A stretch of 60,055 nt of DNA from Chloroflexota bacterium (GTDB lineage Bacteria; Chloroflexota; Dehalococcoidia; SM23-28-2; RBG-16-64-32): contig JACZRQ010000003.1 of NCBI GenBank assembly GCA_022574655.1, positions 1 to 60,055 of the forward strand, read 5' to 3'. The notes beneath the pieces are model-generated. The model did not search any database. It had not been told where the DNA came from and worked only from the letters and a program-made list of their open reading frames with translations. Position 1 is the first letter of the stretch. The number at the start of each line of letters is the position of its first letter. The position numbers were made by a program, and so were the translations under genes. Below are positions 47,228 to 58,046 of this stretch, piece by piece.

Positions 47228-49906
47228 CTAGCTAGTCCGGCTGGCGGGGACTCGCCGCGTCTTCTTGCCGCCGGTTGTCAGCATCTTCGCGATCTGGTCC
47301 GCGGGGACCGCCTTACTGAACAGGAACCCCTGAAACTCGTCACACGGGTGGTCTTGCGCCGGCCCGGGATGCTCCTTGGGCCTTCGCAGAAACTCCAGCT
47401 GTTCTTCGGTCTCCACGCACTCCGCGATTACGGTCAGATCGATGCTGTGGCTGATCGCGACGATCGCGTTCACGAGCATGGCATCCACCGGATCCTCTGT
47501 TAAGCCGTTGATAAATGAGCCGTCGATCTTCACCGCGTCGATCGGAAGCTGTTTCAGATAGGCCAGCGAAGAGTGGCCTGTTCCGAAGTCGTCAATCGCG
47601 ATCTGAACACCTAGATTCCGCAGTGAATGTAGCGTCTCCACCGTGAAACTGATGTCAGTCATCGCCACGCCTTCTGTAAGCTCAAGCTGCAGGCGCTCCG
47701 GTGGCAAGCCCGTCTCCTCGAGGACCGCCATCACCGTCTCGGTCAGCGCTCGGTGCTCGAACTGCCTCGCCGATAGATTCACCGCGATGCGGATCGGAGG
47801 CACGCCAGCTCGTTCCCAGGCCATACCGTCCGTACATGCCTGCTCCAACACCCATTCGCCTAGGGGTAAGATCAGGCCCGAAGCCTCCGCCATCGGAATG
47901 AATTCGCCTGGTAACAGCAGGCCACGCTCGGGATGCATCCATCGCACAAGAGCTTCCACGCCTACGATTCTGCCCGTCGAGATCTCGACTTGAGGTTGGT
48001 AGTGCAGCACGAATTCCGACCCCTCGATCGCTCGTCGAAGGTCGCTTTCCAGCGCCAACCGTCGAGTGATCTGTTCGTTCATCTCCGGCGTATACAGCTC
48101 GAACGAGTTCCGGCCATGCTCCTTGGCTCGGTACATCGCGGTATCGGCGTTCCTGAGCAATGTGTCCGGGTCCCCGCCGTCGATCGGCGCTATGGTAACG
48201 CCGATGCTGGCAGATAGGTGGAATTCGCGGTTCGCCACCTTCCACGTCTTGTTCAACGCGCCGAGGATTCGCTGCGCGGCCTGACCGGCGGCCTCTGCAT
48301 CTGAGATATTCGGCAGAAGCAAGACAAACTCATCGCCGCCAAAGCGGGCCAGAGTGTCGCCCTCGCGAAGGAGTGACTGGAGACGCCGTGCCACCTTGCG
48401 AAGCAGCCGATCACCCCCCGCATGGCCGACCGTATCGTTGACGTCCTTGAAGTGATCGAGGTCCAGGAACATCACCGCTACCAACTCTCCAGAGCGGCGT
48501 GCCGCCGCGACTGCCTGCTTCAGCCTGTCTACGAACAAAGTTCGGTTGGGCAGGCCGGAGAGACCATCGTGATACGCAAGGTGTCTGATGGTCTTTTCTG
48601 CCCGCTTGCGCTCTGTGATGTCGACCAGCACAGCCACGATGCCTTCCACGGTGCCATCAGCGCTTCGCAGCGGTGCCGTCGACACCGCAACGTCGATTAG
48701 CTCTCCGGACTTCGTCTGGCGCTGAGTTTCCACGGCCGTGAACGCACGGCCACTTGAGACCCTCTCCCTCAATTCTTCGAATTCATCCTTTCCGGCAACT
48801 GGCACGATCGGATATGGCTGGCCAACGATCTCTTCTCGTTTCCAGCCGAACATCTCTTCCGCTGTGTCATTCCAGATCGATACGTTCAGATCGAGGTCGC
48901 ATGCCATGATTGCCACCGGCGACGCAGCGATCAACGCTTCAAGCGTGTCGGCCGTCTGTCTCAACTCTTCCTGCGCGCTCTTTCGTTCGGCCATCTCCGT
49001 CCGCAGTTCGGCGTTCACCTGGGACAGCTTCTCCGTGCGCTCTACGACGCGTGACTCAAGCGACTCGTTCAGCGATTGCAGTTCCCCACGTGCGTGTTCC
49101 AGATCTCGGTTTCGAGCGACCAGCGTCTCAGTCATCTGGTTGAGATCGCTCGCGAGTGAGCGGACCTCCTCTGGCCCTGAGACCTCGATCCGCCTCTCGA
49201 GATCGCCCGCTGCGATCGCGCGGGCACCTTTTCGCAGAGACGTGAGCGGACGGACCAGCACCCACACCAGCGCGGCCATCGCCAGGCCCCCGGAAGCAAG
49301 ACCGAGAATTCCAAGCGCGAGCGTAATGACGAGTGTTGTACTTAATGCGCTATCTAGCCGAGATCTCTCCTCAGTCACCGCTCCCCGTTCAAGTAGGGCC
49401 GCCTGTTTCAGCCCCTCTACAATCTCTTCCGCCAGAGGGGTCAGTTGCTGCTGTGCAGCTCCAAGCGCGCGGAGATCTCCCGTGATGAACGCCTTTGCAC
49501 TGCTCGATGCAGTTTCGTCGAACGCCTCTATGTCGGAGATCGCTTTGTCGATCGCCTTCGCGTCATCAAGACGGCCCTGCGCCATGATGATCTCTCTGGC
49601 CTCGATAAGATCATCCTGCGCTAGCTGAATCGACGAGTCGTAACCAAATATGCGCGAAGGGTTTCCGTTGAGTATCAACGCTGCAAGCGATCCCGTAGCG
49701 TCGAGAAAGTCTCCTCGCGCTCTCTCGATGGCGCTGGCCGATCTGGACTGAGCTTCAAGCGAACTTAGCTGCGATTGACTGTCACGAGTGCGCAGCACGC
49801 CGACCGTCGCCGACGCGCCGAGAACAAGCACGAGCAGAGCAACGATAAATACGGCCCACGCTCTCGCGGAGCCGTTGAAAGACGTAATTGAACGAGCCAG
49901 ATTCAC
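47228..49906 (-). CDS. Membrane diguanylate cyclase/phosphodiesterase (TM-sensor-TM-HAMP-PAS-GGDEF-EAL)
   Basis: Two TM segments, HAMP, PAS ending VDITERK, I-site REGD + FGGDEF, EALVRW, DDFGTG, KIDGSF, EFQGFL. Confidence 0.93.
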   Translation of the reverse strand: MNLARSITSFNGSARAWAVFIVALLVLVLGASATVGVLRTRDSQSQLSSLEAQSRSASAIERARGDFLDATGSLAALILNGNPSRIFGYDSSIQLAQDDLIEAREIIMAQGRLDDAKAIDKAISDIEAFDETASSSAKAFITGDLRALGAAQQQLTPLAEEIVEGLKQAALLERGAVTEERSRLDSALSTTLVITLALGILGLASGGLAMAALVWVLVRPLTSLRKGARAIAAGDLERRIEVSGPEEVRSLASDLNQMTETLVARNRDLEHARGELQSLNESLESRVVERTEKLSQVNAELRTEMAERKSAQEELRQTADTLEALIAASPVAIMACDLDLNVSIWNDTAEEMFGWKREEIVGQPYPIVPVAGKDEFEELRERVSSGRAFTAVETQRQTKSGELIDVAVSTAPLRSADGTVEGIVAVLVDITERKRAEKTIRHLAYHDGLSGLPNRTLFVDRLKQAVAAARRSGELVAVMFLDLDHFKDVNDTVGHAGGDRLLRKVARRLQSLLREGDTLARFGGDEFVLLLPNISDAEAAGQAAQRILGALNKTWKVANREFHLSASIGVTIAPIDGGDPDTLLRNADTAMYRAKEHGRNSFELYTPEMNEQITRRLALESDLRRAIEGSEFVLHYQPQVEISTGRIVGVEALVRWMHPERGLLLPGEFIPMAEASGLILPLGEWVLEQACTDGMAWERAGVPPIRIAVNLSARQFEHRALTETVMAVLEETGLPPERLQLELTEGVAMTDISFTVETLHSLRNLGVQIAIDDFGTGHSSLAYLKQLPIDAVKIDGSFINGLTEDPVDAMLVNAIVAISHSIDLTVIAECVETEEQLEFLRRPKEHPGPAQDHPCDEFQGFLFSKAVPADQIAKMLTTGGKKTRRVPASRTS

Positions 49907-50055
49907 TCTTACACCACTTCATAGGGATAGAGATGCGTGAGCGTCCTCTCGTTACAGCTTTTCGCTCGGTTTCAGACGCCGTATATTGGTTGCTCTATGT
50001 CATGAGTTTGATGCAACGATTCTGGCGATTGCTGTCGGTCAGGGTGCGTCAGACC

Positions 50056-50745
50056 TTACAGCAACGTTAGCCAATTGACGAAGGTCGTACTCGCTTCCTC
50101 CCACACGTCCTGTCGCGTCCGGCCGCTGGACTTAGCCACGTTGAAACCGTGGTCCGCGTGATCGAGGATGTGGACCGTCGATGACGACAACGGCGTGGCG
50201 GCTGTTCGAAGCTCCTCTGGCGAGGCGAATGCGCCCCGGCTACCCGAGCAGAACAGAGTTGGCATCGCGATCCGCGGAATGTGCTCGTCGCGTCTCTTGT
50301 CCGGCCTGCCCGGTGGATGAAGCGGGTACGCGAATAGGGCAAGTCCATCGACTTCAAATCCGTCCGCGACTATCTGGGATGCGATACGGCCGCCCATAGA
50401 TCTACCGCCGATAACCACCCGATCAGTCGTTTCCGAACCTACATTCCCCGCGACGGTGACCCACGTCGCCTCGAGCACTTTCGGTTGATCGGGGCCTCGT
50501 TTCCCAGCCTCTTGGAACGGAAACTGGAATCTCCAGCAGACGATTCCTGCGCTCGCTAGCGTACGGCAAGCGAACGTACCAAACGGATCGTGCACGTTGG
50601 ATCCCGCACCCGGCGCGTAGATAAACGTCCAACCTTCGTTGGCTCTGGCTGCACTCTCGGTTCTGATCGCGGATATCGAGTCGCCGCTCGCCAGCTCTAT
50701 CCGGAGGTCGTGCTCTTTCAACCGGGTCCCAGGGTTTCTCGTCAT
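50056..50745 (-). CDS. Alpha/beta hydrolase family protein (KANL3/Tex30-like)
   Basis: APGAG, RFQFP, GGRSMGGR, YPLHPPG, ADHGF. Confidence 0.85.
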   Translation of the reverse strand: MTRNPGTRLKEHDLRIELASGDSISAIRTESAARANEGWTFIYAPGAGSNVHDPFGTFACRTLASAGIVCWRFQFPFQEAGKRGPDQPKVLEATWVTVAGNVGSETTDRVVIGGRSMGGRIASQIVADGFEVDGLALFAYPLHPPGRPDKRRDEHIPRIAMPTLFCSGSRGAFASPEELRTAATPLSSSTVHILDHADHGFNVAKSSGRTRQDVWEEASTTFVNWLTLL

Positions 50746-50897
50746 CTCCTACCTCGGTTCTGAAATCGTAATCGGACTGTAACTACTGCCACAGATGCGG
50801 ACGCTCGCTGGTGCTGGGTTCATCAACATCGATTGGTCTGGTCGTACCTTAGCTACGCTGCCTTTCTCGCTGCCCCTTCGGTCGCAGAGCCCGTTGA

Positions 50898-51650
50898 CTA
50901 AAGCTCGAGACGGGCGTAAATACCCAGGTGGTCCGACGGGAAGAGGTCGGGATCATCCGCCGCGGGCTCGTCGAACGCCAATCCCGCGTCGAGTATGCGG
51001 AACTCCTCCGACACGTAAATGTAGTCCAGCGTCCCGTGCGGCGAATCATCGTAGGTGTTGACCGGCGTCGGCCAGGTCTTCTCGGGCTCTCCGCCGTGTA
51101 CTGCCTCGAAGGCAGACCGGAAGCGGCTCTTCATCATCGCGACCCCCGGTTCATTGATGTACGAGTTGAAGTCGCCCGCGATTACGGTCGGTAGCTTCCG
51201 CTCATCGCGGTCAAGCCACGCCAACAGATATTCGAGTTGCTGGAGGCGTTCCTGAACAGCCTCCGGCGGGTGGTGGAGGTGTGTGTTCACGAACGCGAAT
51301 CTCCCCGAATCCGTCTGGAAGATGATCCGCTGGGCCGTTCGGTCGTAACTCATCAGGTCCAGGATTTCGTGTTCAGCCACTTCGAGCCGAGACAACGTCC
51401 CGAGGCCGTGGACACTCGCGTACTTACCGGGGCTAGCGACATGTTTGATGCGGTAGTGTGGCCGCTCCTGCAGCCGTTTGTTGATCTGGCGGCTGATCCA
51501 CATCCCCTGATCGAGGTCGAGGTCCACTTCCTGAAATGCGATCGTGTCGGGGGCGAGCGCTTCTAGCTGGTCGATGACCAACGGCGCACGCCGTTCCCAT
51601 TCGCCCATCCGGTTGAACAGGTTGAGCGTTGCCAGCTTTATCTCGGTCAT
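50898..51650 (-). CDS. Endonuclease/exonuclease/phosphatase (EEP) family protein
   Basis: LATLNL, FQEVD, NTHL, AGDFN, LDYIY, PSDH; ATG overlaps the addA-like stop. Confidence 0.9.
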   Translation of the reverse strand: MTEIKLATLNLFNRMGEWERRAPLVIDQLEALAPDTIAFQEVDLDLDQGMWISRQINKRLQERPHYRIKHVASPGKYASVHGLGTLSRLEVAEHEILDLMSYDRTAQRIIFQTDSGRFAFVNTHLHHPPEAVQERLQQLEYLLAWLDRDERKLPTVIAGDFNSYINEPGVAMMKSRFRSAFEAVHGGEPEKTWPTPVNTYDDSPHGTLDYIYVSEEFRILDAGLAFDEPAADDPDLFPSDHLGIYARLEL

Positions 51651-54600
51651 AACCCCGCCTCCAGACGTTCCTTCGCCAAACGCGACAACTCCGCCGGTTC
51701 GCCGGGCGAGCGTTCGACATTCGGGCTGACGAATACGTAGTTTACGTTGGAGACCGTCAGTCTCGTCGCTGTCTCAATTCCCAACACATAGAGCCCCGCC
51801 TGTAGTCTGTACTGGTCGAGTCGCGCGTCGATCTCGCTCTCGTTCACCCGGTCCGTCTTCCAGTCCACGATCTCGATCCCGTCAGGACCCTCGATGAGTA
51901 AGTCAACGAACCCTTCGACGGTGGTCCCATCGATGTCCAAGCCGAATGGCACCTCTCTCAGCGCACGGGTGGCCCTCCGCGCTCTCTCAGCCGCCCGAGA
52001 ACGTAAGGCTCGCCGCACCAACGTTCCGACCTCGTCGGCGCGATCGGGGACTGCCTCCGCGACCGCTTCAGCCCTCGCGAACGCCTTGATCGTCTCTTCA
52101 TCCGCATCCCAGGGAACGCTCTGAATCGCGGCGTGGACGGCGCGTCCCAATCGTGTACCGCCGCGTCCTCGCGCCCACGGCTCGGAATCCTCCTCACGCG
52201 AATGTTCGATGAGAGCCGTTGCACTCGTGTACGTTCGTCGGCGCGATCGCTCGACTAGCGCAGCCCTCTCTTCTTTGAAATCGCTCGGTGATGCGGGAGG
52301 GTCTACTTTGAGTTGGTCTAGCGGACTCGCATCGAAGGTGAGGCTCGTTGCGGATGGCGTCAATTTCTGGGCCAGCTCTCGGGCGCCCGCATCAATCAAT
52401 CGCTCAGCGCCGGAGCTTCTCCGCGAACTCTTCCGGTGATACAGCGACACCACCAGATGGTCCCGGGCCCGAGTCGCGCCCACGTAGAGCAGGCGCGCGT
52501 ATTCCGCTTCTTCGTGCTTGCCCTCTTGCTCATTCAGGCGGTCCACTGGACCGAGCTCGAAGCGCGATCCGCGATACTTCGTGCCAATGCAGACAGCGGC
52601 TTCACCTTTCGCTCGATCGACTGCGTACGTGCTCGCCCGGTCGCGTGGATACCATGAGAGACCTGCCAGAAAAACAATCGGGAACTCCAGACCTTTGGCG
52701 CCGTGGATCGTCGTGATCCTGACGGCATCCTCATCATCATCAAGTGCCGCCGCCTCGTTGTCTAGGATCCTCCCCTCTGATCGGTTTTCCAACCAACGGA
52801 TGAAAGCGCGCAGGCTCATCGGTCCCGCCGCTTCGAACCTTCGCGCCTGATCGACTAGGAACCGCACTCGCCGGAAACTGTTCCGGTCGCCCGCATCCAG
52901 AATGCCGATCTCGACGATCCCCCGTTCCGAGGCAAACCTCTCTACGACTGATGCCAAGGAGCCGTCGTGACGCCCTTGATGATAATCGGCGAGTATCCGT
53001 AGCCCCTCTGCGACGGGTCCTTCGCGATCGTCGAGCCCACCTCCCAAGTAGTTGAACCTGCCACCGTCTGCGCGGAATCGCGCGAGGTCGAGGTCAGAGC
53101 ACGTGAAGGCAGGGCTGCGCAGGGCCGCCACAATCGCGACCTCGTCGGCCGGGTCGTCTATCGCCGTAAGGCAGTTCGTCAGATCGCGCACCTCCTGCGT
53201 GCGGTAAACGAGGCTGCCACCCTCGACTCGGTACGGTACGCCCGCCGACAACAACGTACGCTCCAACGCGGGAAGTATGCCTCGAGTCGGAATCAACACG
53301 GCAATATCGGAGAGTCGCGCGCTCCGCACGGACCCGTCTCGATCAACGACCTCCCAGCCCTCCTTCAGTACCGCCAGGCACTGCGCCGTCAACGCCTGTG
53401 CCTCGACCTCGCGTACCTCTCGAGCGTTTCCGGGCGACTCGTCTCCCAGCCAGGCGATTCCCGGCCCCGACAGTTCTTGCGTCCGAAAAGGCTCAATGTT
53501 GGCGTATGCAGGTTGCACTTCCGGGTTAGTTCCCTCACCGATCATCTTTCCGAATACCGGATTCAGCCACTCGAGCAGCGCTGGCCGCGATCGGCGGTTT
53601 AGCGCAAGCTGCGGGAACCTGCTACCCTCGCGCCCGAACTGTTCACGTGCCTGTGAATAGACCGCCATGTCGGCCCGCCTGAAGCGATAGATCGATTGCT
53701 TTGGGTCTCCTACGACGAACAACCTGCCCGGCTCAATCTTGCCCGAATCCGGGTCCGTAGCGAACGACAGCGCGATCTCTACCTGCAGCGGGTCCGTGTC
53801 CTGAAACTCGTCGATCAACATAGCCTCGTAACGGCTGCGGAGGCTGCGAACTGCCTGCGCGTCGTCACGCAGGAGGTCACGGACGCGCACGATCAAGTCG
53901 TCGAATGTGAGCGTGCCACGCCTCCCGCGCTCGCGAGCATCCTCTGCGACGAAGCGGACGATCATCGGGATCACGTCAGCGAGGGCAGAGGCCCTCGCAT
54001 CCCTAAGCGTCTGCTTGAGCTCCTCACAGATCGCGCTACACCCGTGGATGACCGCGTTTCTTACAGCTCCGCCACCCCACGCCGCCGCCGAGCTGACCTT
54101 CCATCTCGTCTCCAGCGTCACGGCCCCAGCCGCGAGCGCTGCCTCACGGTCGTCGAGTTGACGATCGATGCTTTCGACGAGAGCGAGGAGCGCTTCTGCC
54201 TTGAGCCGGAGGCGATCATCCGGCTCCGCACGATCAAGGCCCAGCTCTTCAAGGCTTCGTCTCATGGCGGAAACATCCGGCCACCTTGGCTCAGGCGCTT
54301 CAGGCAGATCACGTTCGAGCCGGGGCGCCAGCTCCTGCCGCGAACTCAACTCCGATGCCAGCGCCTCGATCTCCCAGGTCGCTAACCCCAGCGCCAGCGC
54401 GCGATCGATCGCCTTCGTCGAGTCCAGATCAGCGGCCTCGGCCTCAAGGAAGAATCGCCATCGCTCCTGGAAACGCCTTTCCGCCAGCACTTCGTCCTGT
54501 ACGTCGAACGAAGGATCGATGCGAGCCTCCGCCGCATGTCGGTGAAGGAGAGCCTGGCAGAACGAGTGGATCGTGGAGATCTGCGCACGGTCCAACGAGG

Positions 54601-54892
54601 AAATCGCCGTCTGGATGACACTTTCCTTATCGGGCGTCTCGAGGAGTTGGGACTCGAGTCCGGTCCTGACTCGCTCTCGTAACTCCGCTGCCGCTCGATC
54701 CGTAAACGTTATCGCGACGATCCGTTCGATCGACCGGCCGCTCAACACGAGGGACACAACGCGATCGACGAGAGCGCTCGTCTTGCCCGTTCCCGCCCCA
54801 GCTTGGACGAATAACGTTTCGTCGAGCGCCTCGCGGATCGTTTCACGCGCCTCCCTGTCACGAATGTGGGGCTCTATGCTGTGCGGCGTCAT
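51647..54892 (-). CDS. addA: AddA-like UvrD helicase + PD-(D/E)XK nuclease
   Basis: AGAGTGKT, ITFTDRAA, STIHSFC, IDEFQDT, VGDPKQSIYRFR, TIHGAKGLEF, LYVGATRA; nuclease GFVDLL...VDWKT. Confidence 0.88.
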   Translation of the reverse strand: MTPHSIEPHIRDREARETIREALDETLFVQAGAGTGKTSALVDRVVSLVLSGRSIERIVAITFTDRAAAELRERVRTGLESQLLETPDKESVIQTAISSLDRAQISTIHSFCQALLHRHAAEARIDPSFDVQDEVLAERRFQERWRFFLEAEAADLDSTKAIDRALALGLATWEIEALASELSSRQELAPRLERDLPEAPEPRWPDVSAMRRSLEELGLDRAEPDDRLRLKAEALLALVESIDRQLDDREAALAAGAVTLETRWKVSSAAAWGGGAVRNAVIHGCSAICEELKQTLRDARASALADVIPMIVRFVAEDARERGRRGTLTFDDLIVRVRDLLRDDAQAVRSLRSRYEAMLIDEFQDTDPLQVEIALSFATDPDSGKIEPGRLFVVGDPKQSIYRFRRADMAVYSQAREQFGREGSRFPQLALNRRSRPALLEWLNPVFGKMIGEGTNPEVQPAYANIEPFRTQELSGPGIAWLGDESPGNAREVREVEAQALTAQCLAVLKEGWEVVDRDGSVRSARLSDIAVLIPTRGILPALERTLLSAGVPYRVEGGSLVYRTQEVRDLTNCLTAIDDPADEVAIVAALRSPAFTCSDLDLARFRADGGRFNYLGGGLDDREGPVAEGLRILADYHQGRHDGSLASVVERFASERGIVEIGILDAGDRNSFRRVRFLVDQARRFEAAGPMSLRAFIRWLENRSEGRILDNEAAALDDDEDAVRITTIHGAKGLEFPIVFLAGLSWYPRDRASTYAVDRAKGEAAVCIGTKYRGSRFELGPVDRLNEQEGKHEEAEYARLLYVGATRARDHLVVSLYHRKSSRRSSGAERLIDAGARELAQKLTPSATSLTFDASPLDQLKVDPPASPSDFKEERAALVERSRRRTYTSATALIEHSREEDSEPWARGRGGTRLGRAVHAAIQSVPWDADEETIKAFARAEAVAEAVPDRADEVGTLVRRALRSRAAERARRATRALREVPFGLDIDGTTVEGFVDLLIEGPDGIEIVDWKTDRVNESEIDARLDQYRLQAGLYVLGIETATRLTVSNVNYVFVSPNVERSPGEPAELSRLAKERLEAGL

Positions 54893-57800
54893 TCCTCCGT
54901 TTCTCCAGACGCGACACCGGCTACCTTAGACCACGGTGCGATGCTCGGATCATCGGACTTTGCGGCTAGCTCATGGTCGCGGCGGCGCGAGCAGATGCGA
55001 TCGTACTCGCAGAACATGCAGTTTTCGAAGTTACCTCGGAACTCGTTCTCCTCGCTCGGCACGGCGGGGAACACACCGGACCGGATCCCCTGAAAGATCG
55101 CATCCAGCGTTTGATTGAACCGCGTCTCCTTCGCTGGCGTCGGATCATACGGAATCTCTTTGAAAGCTCCTTTGCGAGTGATGAACCAGTAGATCGCTTG
55201 GGCTCGCTCTGTCCCGGCAACAGCCGTTAGGTACGTCGGAAGCTGCAACTTCGTTCCACCCACGAGCGGGTCCTCGTCTGTAATCTTGTCGAAGCTGAAT
55301 GAGCTGCCGGTCTTGTAGTCGATGATCCATGCCGCTCGCCCGTCCTCCGTCGTATCAATCCTGTCGACGTAACCTCGGAGCTTGATCCCCGCCACGTCAG
55401 TCTCTGGGATTGGCGCCTCGAACGCGGTTGGTACAGCGCCCGTCCTTCGACGGAAGGCCGTATCCGCCTGAAGGAACATCGCCAGATCGGCTCGGATTGT
55501 CCGTGCCTCGTGCTCCGCATAGATGTCCAGCCCGGTCAGGCCACGCTCCTCCGCTTCTAGAAGAACGTCATCTAGTACTCGCATAAGCGTTTGGAGGTCG
55601 TCCTTGGTCCATGCCTCGTTCACGGTAGGGCGGTCCTTCCCCTTCTGTATGCGGAAGAAGCGGTCTAGGACCTTGTGAATCAGGCTGCCTCGGGTCGCCG
55701 GGTCCATCATCTCACGCTCTTCGGGCTCTTCTACGACGTTCAAGCGCAAGAGGGATCGGCAGAAGTATTTGTAGCCACACACCGCGTAGTTCTCCAGCGA
55801 CGTCGGAGAGACCGTTCGTTGCAAGTCCAACCAAGAATCATCCCGTAGCGCCGAAACGTTGCCGTCCCATTCGGTGAATGCCGGACTGCGACGATGTCTG
55901 AGCATCTCAACCGACCGCATCCTTGGGTGGCCGGCGCTGACATCCCTATCACTCTGTCTCAGCCGGACCGCGTCGCGCAGCAAACCCTCGGCTAGGTCGA
56001 CCTGAGCACCTCTGAGAGCGCCGGTCATCGGTGACTGAACCGATCGCACCTGTCCCGAGCTGGCTTCGTTCCGCCGCAACATCGAGGCGGTCACTCGCTC
56101 ATCGCCGGTTTCGTTCTGGACTGCGGCGACCATGAGATACGAAGGGTAGTACTCGCGCGTACCGCCCGGCTCGAAGCGAGGGCAAGACCAGGTGAGCGAG
56201 CCGTTGCCGGCGCTGGCTATCGCCCGGCGCGCCATCATATCGGAGCGCTCGATTCGGGTGTTGACGTCCTCGATCTGAGGGAACCGGTCTTTGAGACTGC
56301 GCCACACGCTGTCATCAAGGAGACTGTCGACACCCGGCCCCGCGGGCAGCGCTCCCTCAAATGCTCCGCAGAGCGCCACGTGCTTGAACTGTAGCCCTGC
56401 CGCCATTCTGTGATCGGCGAGCAGGATTCCGGAGCCGAGTGATGCCGGACGTCGGTGAGCGACTCGTAGGTTCGCGTCCAGAGCCTCGGCGAACGTCGCC
56501 AGCGTAAACTTTCCGCCGATCGCACCAACCGTCCCCAGCTGCTCGATCTCGTCGTGCACTTCGTCGAAGGCTTCCGCAGATGGGTCGACATAGCCATCGA
56601 CTGCCGCCTTGAACGCGACGATGAAACTGGCTGCCGATTGTGGTTCGCTCAGCGGTTCCAGTTGCCGCGCTAGCTGCTCGACCACCGCTTGCAGAGCCTC
56701 CGCTTGATCCCCATCCAGCCTGGCGGCGATGGCTCTCTGCTCGTAACCCTCGCTCTCGTGTCTATCAGCAGACGCCGCACGATCACGCACCAGCGCACGC
56801 AGCCGCGCCGTCCACTGACCTGATCCTTTCGAGATGCCGGCCTCGCGGGAAATTCTGTCCCAGTCGGGTGTTCGCGGCGGAGTCCCCCCACCCGCTGTTG
56901 GGACAGTTGTCTTCAGTTTTGCGACGCTCAGGAAGTCCATGACCGCCGTTCGCGCAAACTCCTGACCGGGCAGCCTCGCCAACATCAGCGCTGCGCGACC
57001 GGTGCGGCTTTCGATCAAGGGTAGGCCTGGCAGAGGTACAGTCGGTATATCGGCGGACTCAAACACCTCGCGAAGAAGTCCGGGATAGCTGTCGGCCGCC
57101 CCGTGAAATACCGCCGCCTCATCGATGCCGCAACCAGCGTCGAGTGCATTCACTACATCCCGCACGATCTCGCGAACTTCGCTCGCCGGGTCCGGCGCGA
57201 GAACGAAGCGCACTTCGGGTTTGCCTGCCGGTTCTTCGAACTCCGCACACGAAGGCGCTACATCACGCAGCACTTCGAGAAGCGCGATACCAGCCGCGGT
57301 CAGCGGCCCCGGCGGTGCGACGTAGAGGGCGCCAAGGTCGTGTAGCGCTCCCGATGATCCAGTTCGAATCGCCGCAGTCGCCGCGTCCATGAGATCCTCG
57401 TCGTCGTAGAACGCTGACGTCTGTTCCCGGAACAAGCTGTACAGGCGGAGGATCTCTCGGAACATGCCGCTGGTGTTGACAATCTCCCTACCGGTGGTGA
57501 TGCCGCCTCTGCGCAGGCGTCGGAATATCTGGCGGAGTGCTCTGGCGTATCCGGGCAGGTCACCAATATCCTTGAGCCTCTCGCGCGATTCACGCCCAAC
57601 CTGTTCCGCAACGTAGTCTCCGATTGGCCGCGCCAGCGGGCTGCGGTCGTCAGCCGCCAGCAGGCCTGCACCCAGCAACTCCGCAATTCTAGGTAACGTC
57701 TCGAACCGCACACCGGCGAACGATTCAATTTCGGCGAGCCTCCGCCTCATCTGCAGACCTGCAGCATGGGACGGAACAAGAACGGTTACGGGCGCGAGCG

Positions 57801-57918
57801 GATCCCCCTTTCGGGCGGATGCGATCTCTCCGAGAGTGGAAGTAGCGTCAGGCATACCTGTGGGCGAGGGGGCTCCCCCTGTCGGCTCAAGGATATGGCC
57901 ACTAGAATACGTCGTCAA
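54889..57918 (-). CDS. addB: AddB-like inactive helicase + Fe-S PD-(D/E)XK nuclease
   Basis: VLVPS, SPTSLENYAVCGYKYF, GSLIHKVL, GYVDRID, IDYKTG, LQLPTY, CMFCEYDRIC (4-Cys Fe-S staple); ATGA overlap with addA. Confidence 0.82.
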   Translation of the reverse strand: MTTYSSGHILEPTGGAPSPTGMPDATSTLGEIASARKGDPLAPVTVLVPSHAAGLQMRRRLAEIESFAGVRFETLPRIAELLGAGLLAADDRSPLARPIGDYVAEQVGRESRERLKDIGDLPGYARALRQIFRRLRRGGITTGREIVNTSGMFREILRLYSLFREQTSAFYDDEDLMDAATAAIRTGSSGALHDLGALYVAPPGPLTAAGIALLEVLRDVAPSCAEFEEPAGKPEVRFVLAPDPASEVREIVRDVVNALDAGCGIDEAAVFHGAADSYPGLLREVFESADIPTVPLPGLPLIESRTGRAALMLARLPGQEFARTAVMDFLSVAKLKTTVPTAGGGTPPRTPDWDRISREAGISKGSGQWTARLRALVRDRAASADRHESEGYEQRAIAARLDGDQAEALQAVVEQLARQLEPLSEPQSAASFIVAFKAAVDGYVDPSAEAFDEVHDEIEQLGTVGAIGGKFTLATFAEALDANLRVAHRRPASLGSGILLADHRMAAGLQFKHVALCGAFEGALPAGPGVDSLLDDSVWRSLKDRFPQIEDVNTRIERSDMMARRAIASAGNGSLTWSCPRFEPGGTREYYPSYLMVAAVQNETGDERVTASMLRRNEASSGQVRSVQSPMTGALRGAQVDLAEGLLRDAVRLRQSDRDVSAGHPRMRSVEMLRHRRSPAFTEWDGNVSALRDDSWLDLQRTVSPTSLENYAVCGYKYFCRSLLRLNVVEEPEEREMMDPATRGSLIHKVLDRFFRIQKGKDRPTVNEAWTKDDLQTLMRVLDDVLLEAEERGLTGLDIYAEHEARTIRADLAMFLQADTAFRRRTGAVPTAFEAPIPETDVAGIKLRGYVDRIDTTEDGRAAWIIDYKTGSSFSFDKITDEDPLVGGTKLQLPTYLTAVAGTERAQAIYWFITRKGAFKEIPYDPTPAKETRFNQTLDAIFQGIRSGVFPAVPSEENEFRGNFENCMFCEYDRICSRRRDHELAAKSDDPSIAPWSKVAGVASGETEE

Positions 57919-58046
57919 TCATGCGATAGCGGTAACTGAATCCCTATGCGCTAGGTCGTTCACGGTGAGAAAGTGGCGAGAGCCCCGTGCGACACTTGCC
58001 AATGTCAGAGAAGGCGACCTTTCTTTCCGTAAAGGAGTGGTGGTAA

